In this document: positions 63,381 through 64,000 of the stretch, in pieces | Numbering within the stretch: position 1 is the stretch's first letter | Layout of the letters: each line of letters opens with the position of its first letter | Assembly (NCBI RefSeq): GCF_006345805.1 | Contig: NW_021833236.1 | Location: 1 to 64,000 of the forward strand | Direction: 5' to 3' | Length of the DNA stretch: 64,000 bases | Source: Octopus sinensis | Lineage: Eukaryota | Made by a program: the position numbers and the translations under genes | The notes under the pieces: model-generated | Database searches by the model: none | Told to the model about the DNA's origin: nothing | Seen by the model: the letters and a program-made list of their open reading frames with translations, nothing else

Positions 63381-64000
63381 CTATCCCTGTGGGATTTGAG
63401 GCGTAGGAAGTGGTTCCTTTTTGAAGTGTTTAAGTGTGAAATATTGATTCTGTATGCAGTGAGACAAAATTTCATCTTTGATATTTAGAATGTTATTTAT
63501 TGACTGTATGATATTTAGTTTTTCAATGATACAGAGTTCGCATTTTGTACCCCGTCCTCTATTTACTTTAGTAATGATGTTCCATTTTATCTGGGGATTA
63601 CTTATTCCACTTTCTGTCAATGTCCATATCATATCGGATATGGATGTTGCGTTTTTTTTTATCTTTGTCTCTGAATGACGCCAGGTGTTGTGTGTAGCCT
63701 TCTTTGAACGGGTTGCCCGTCATTCCAATAAACGTATTTGCTACGCCTTTAGGATCCATGATCTTGGCCTTGTATACAAATTCTTTTTCGGGACAGTAAT
63801 TGTTTAGGAGGCAACGGTTTGGAAATCTGAGGTTGCATTATCTTTGGAGGAGGGGGGGTCTCTGGTGTGTTTATTTTTATTGTGATTTAGTATTTTTTAC
63901 CCTATATTGGGGAGGCAGCTATAGCAAACTTTAACAGTGTTTCTTGTGGTGTTTGTGTGAATGTGGGAAGTGATTGTCAATTAATTTTAAGGATTTCCTA
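63381..64000 (-). mobile_element. Penelope-like element (Neptune-type), GIY-YIG endonuclease end, truncated by the window edge
   Basis: IDNHFP, NTVKVCYSCLPNIG, FVYKAKI...TFIGMTGNPFKEGY.QHLASFR, IW.L...IKWNII...CELCIIEK..I...LNIKDEI..HC. Confidence 0.88.

Overview
Eukaryotic, AT-rich genomic DNA packed with repeats. The SINE families and the extreme (TA)n/(CA)n/(TAA)n microsatellite load look like an octopod cephalopod (inference from memory of such repeats, not verified). There is no intact long gene, and most of the supplied ORF track is microsatellite artefact. The window holds: (1) at least five tRNA-headed SINE types in more than 25 copies or fragments; (2) decayed LINEs: a CR1/L2-group RT, many R4/Dong-clade RLE elements that nearly all sit in (TAA)n tracts in one orientation (pile-up at 38.5-44.8 kb), an RTE-like 5' UTR, and a Penelope-like GIY-YIG fragment at the right edge; (3) dead DNA transposons (pogo/Tc2, maT-like, internally deleted mariner, a Tc1 nested in a SINE) plus MITEs and foldbacks; (4) four hammerhead-ribozyme-like motifs, the best at 54949-55047 inside a ~320-nt highly structured segment; (5) short splice-site-flanked candidate exons on the minus strand that may belong to an unidentified host gene. 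All calls were made by eye; no database search or folding program was run.
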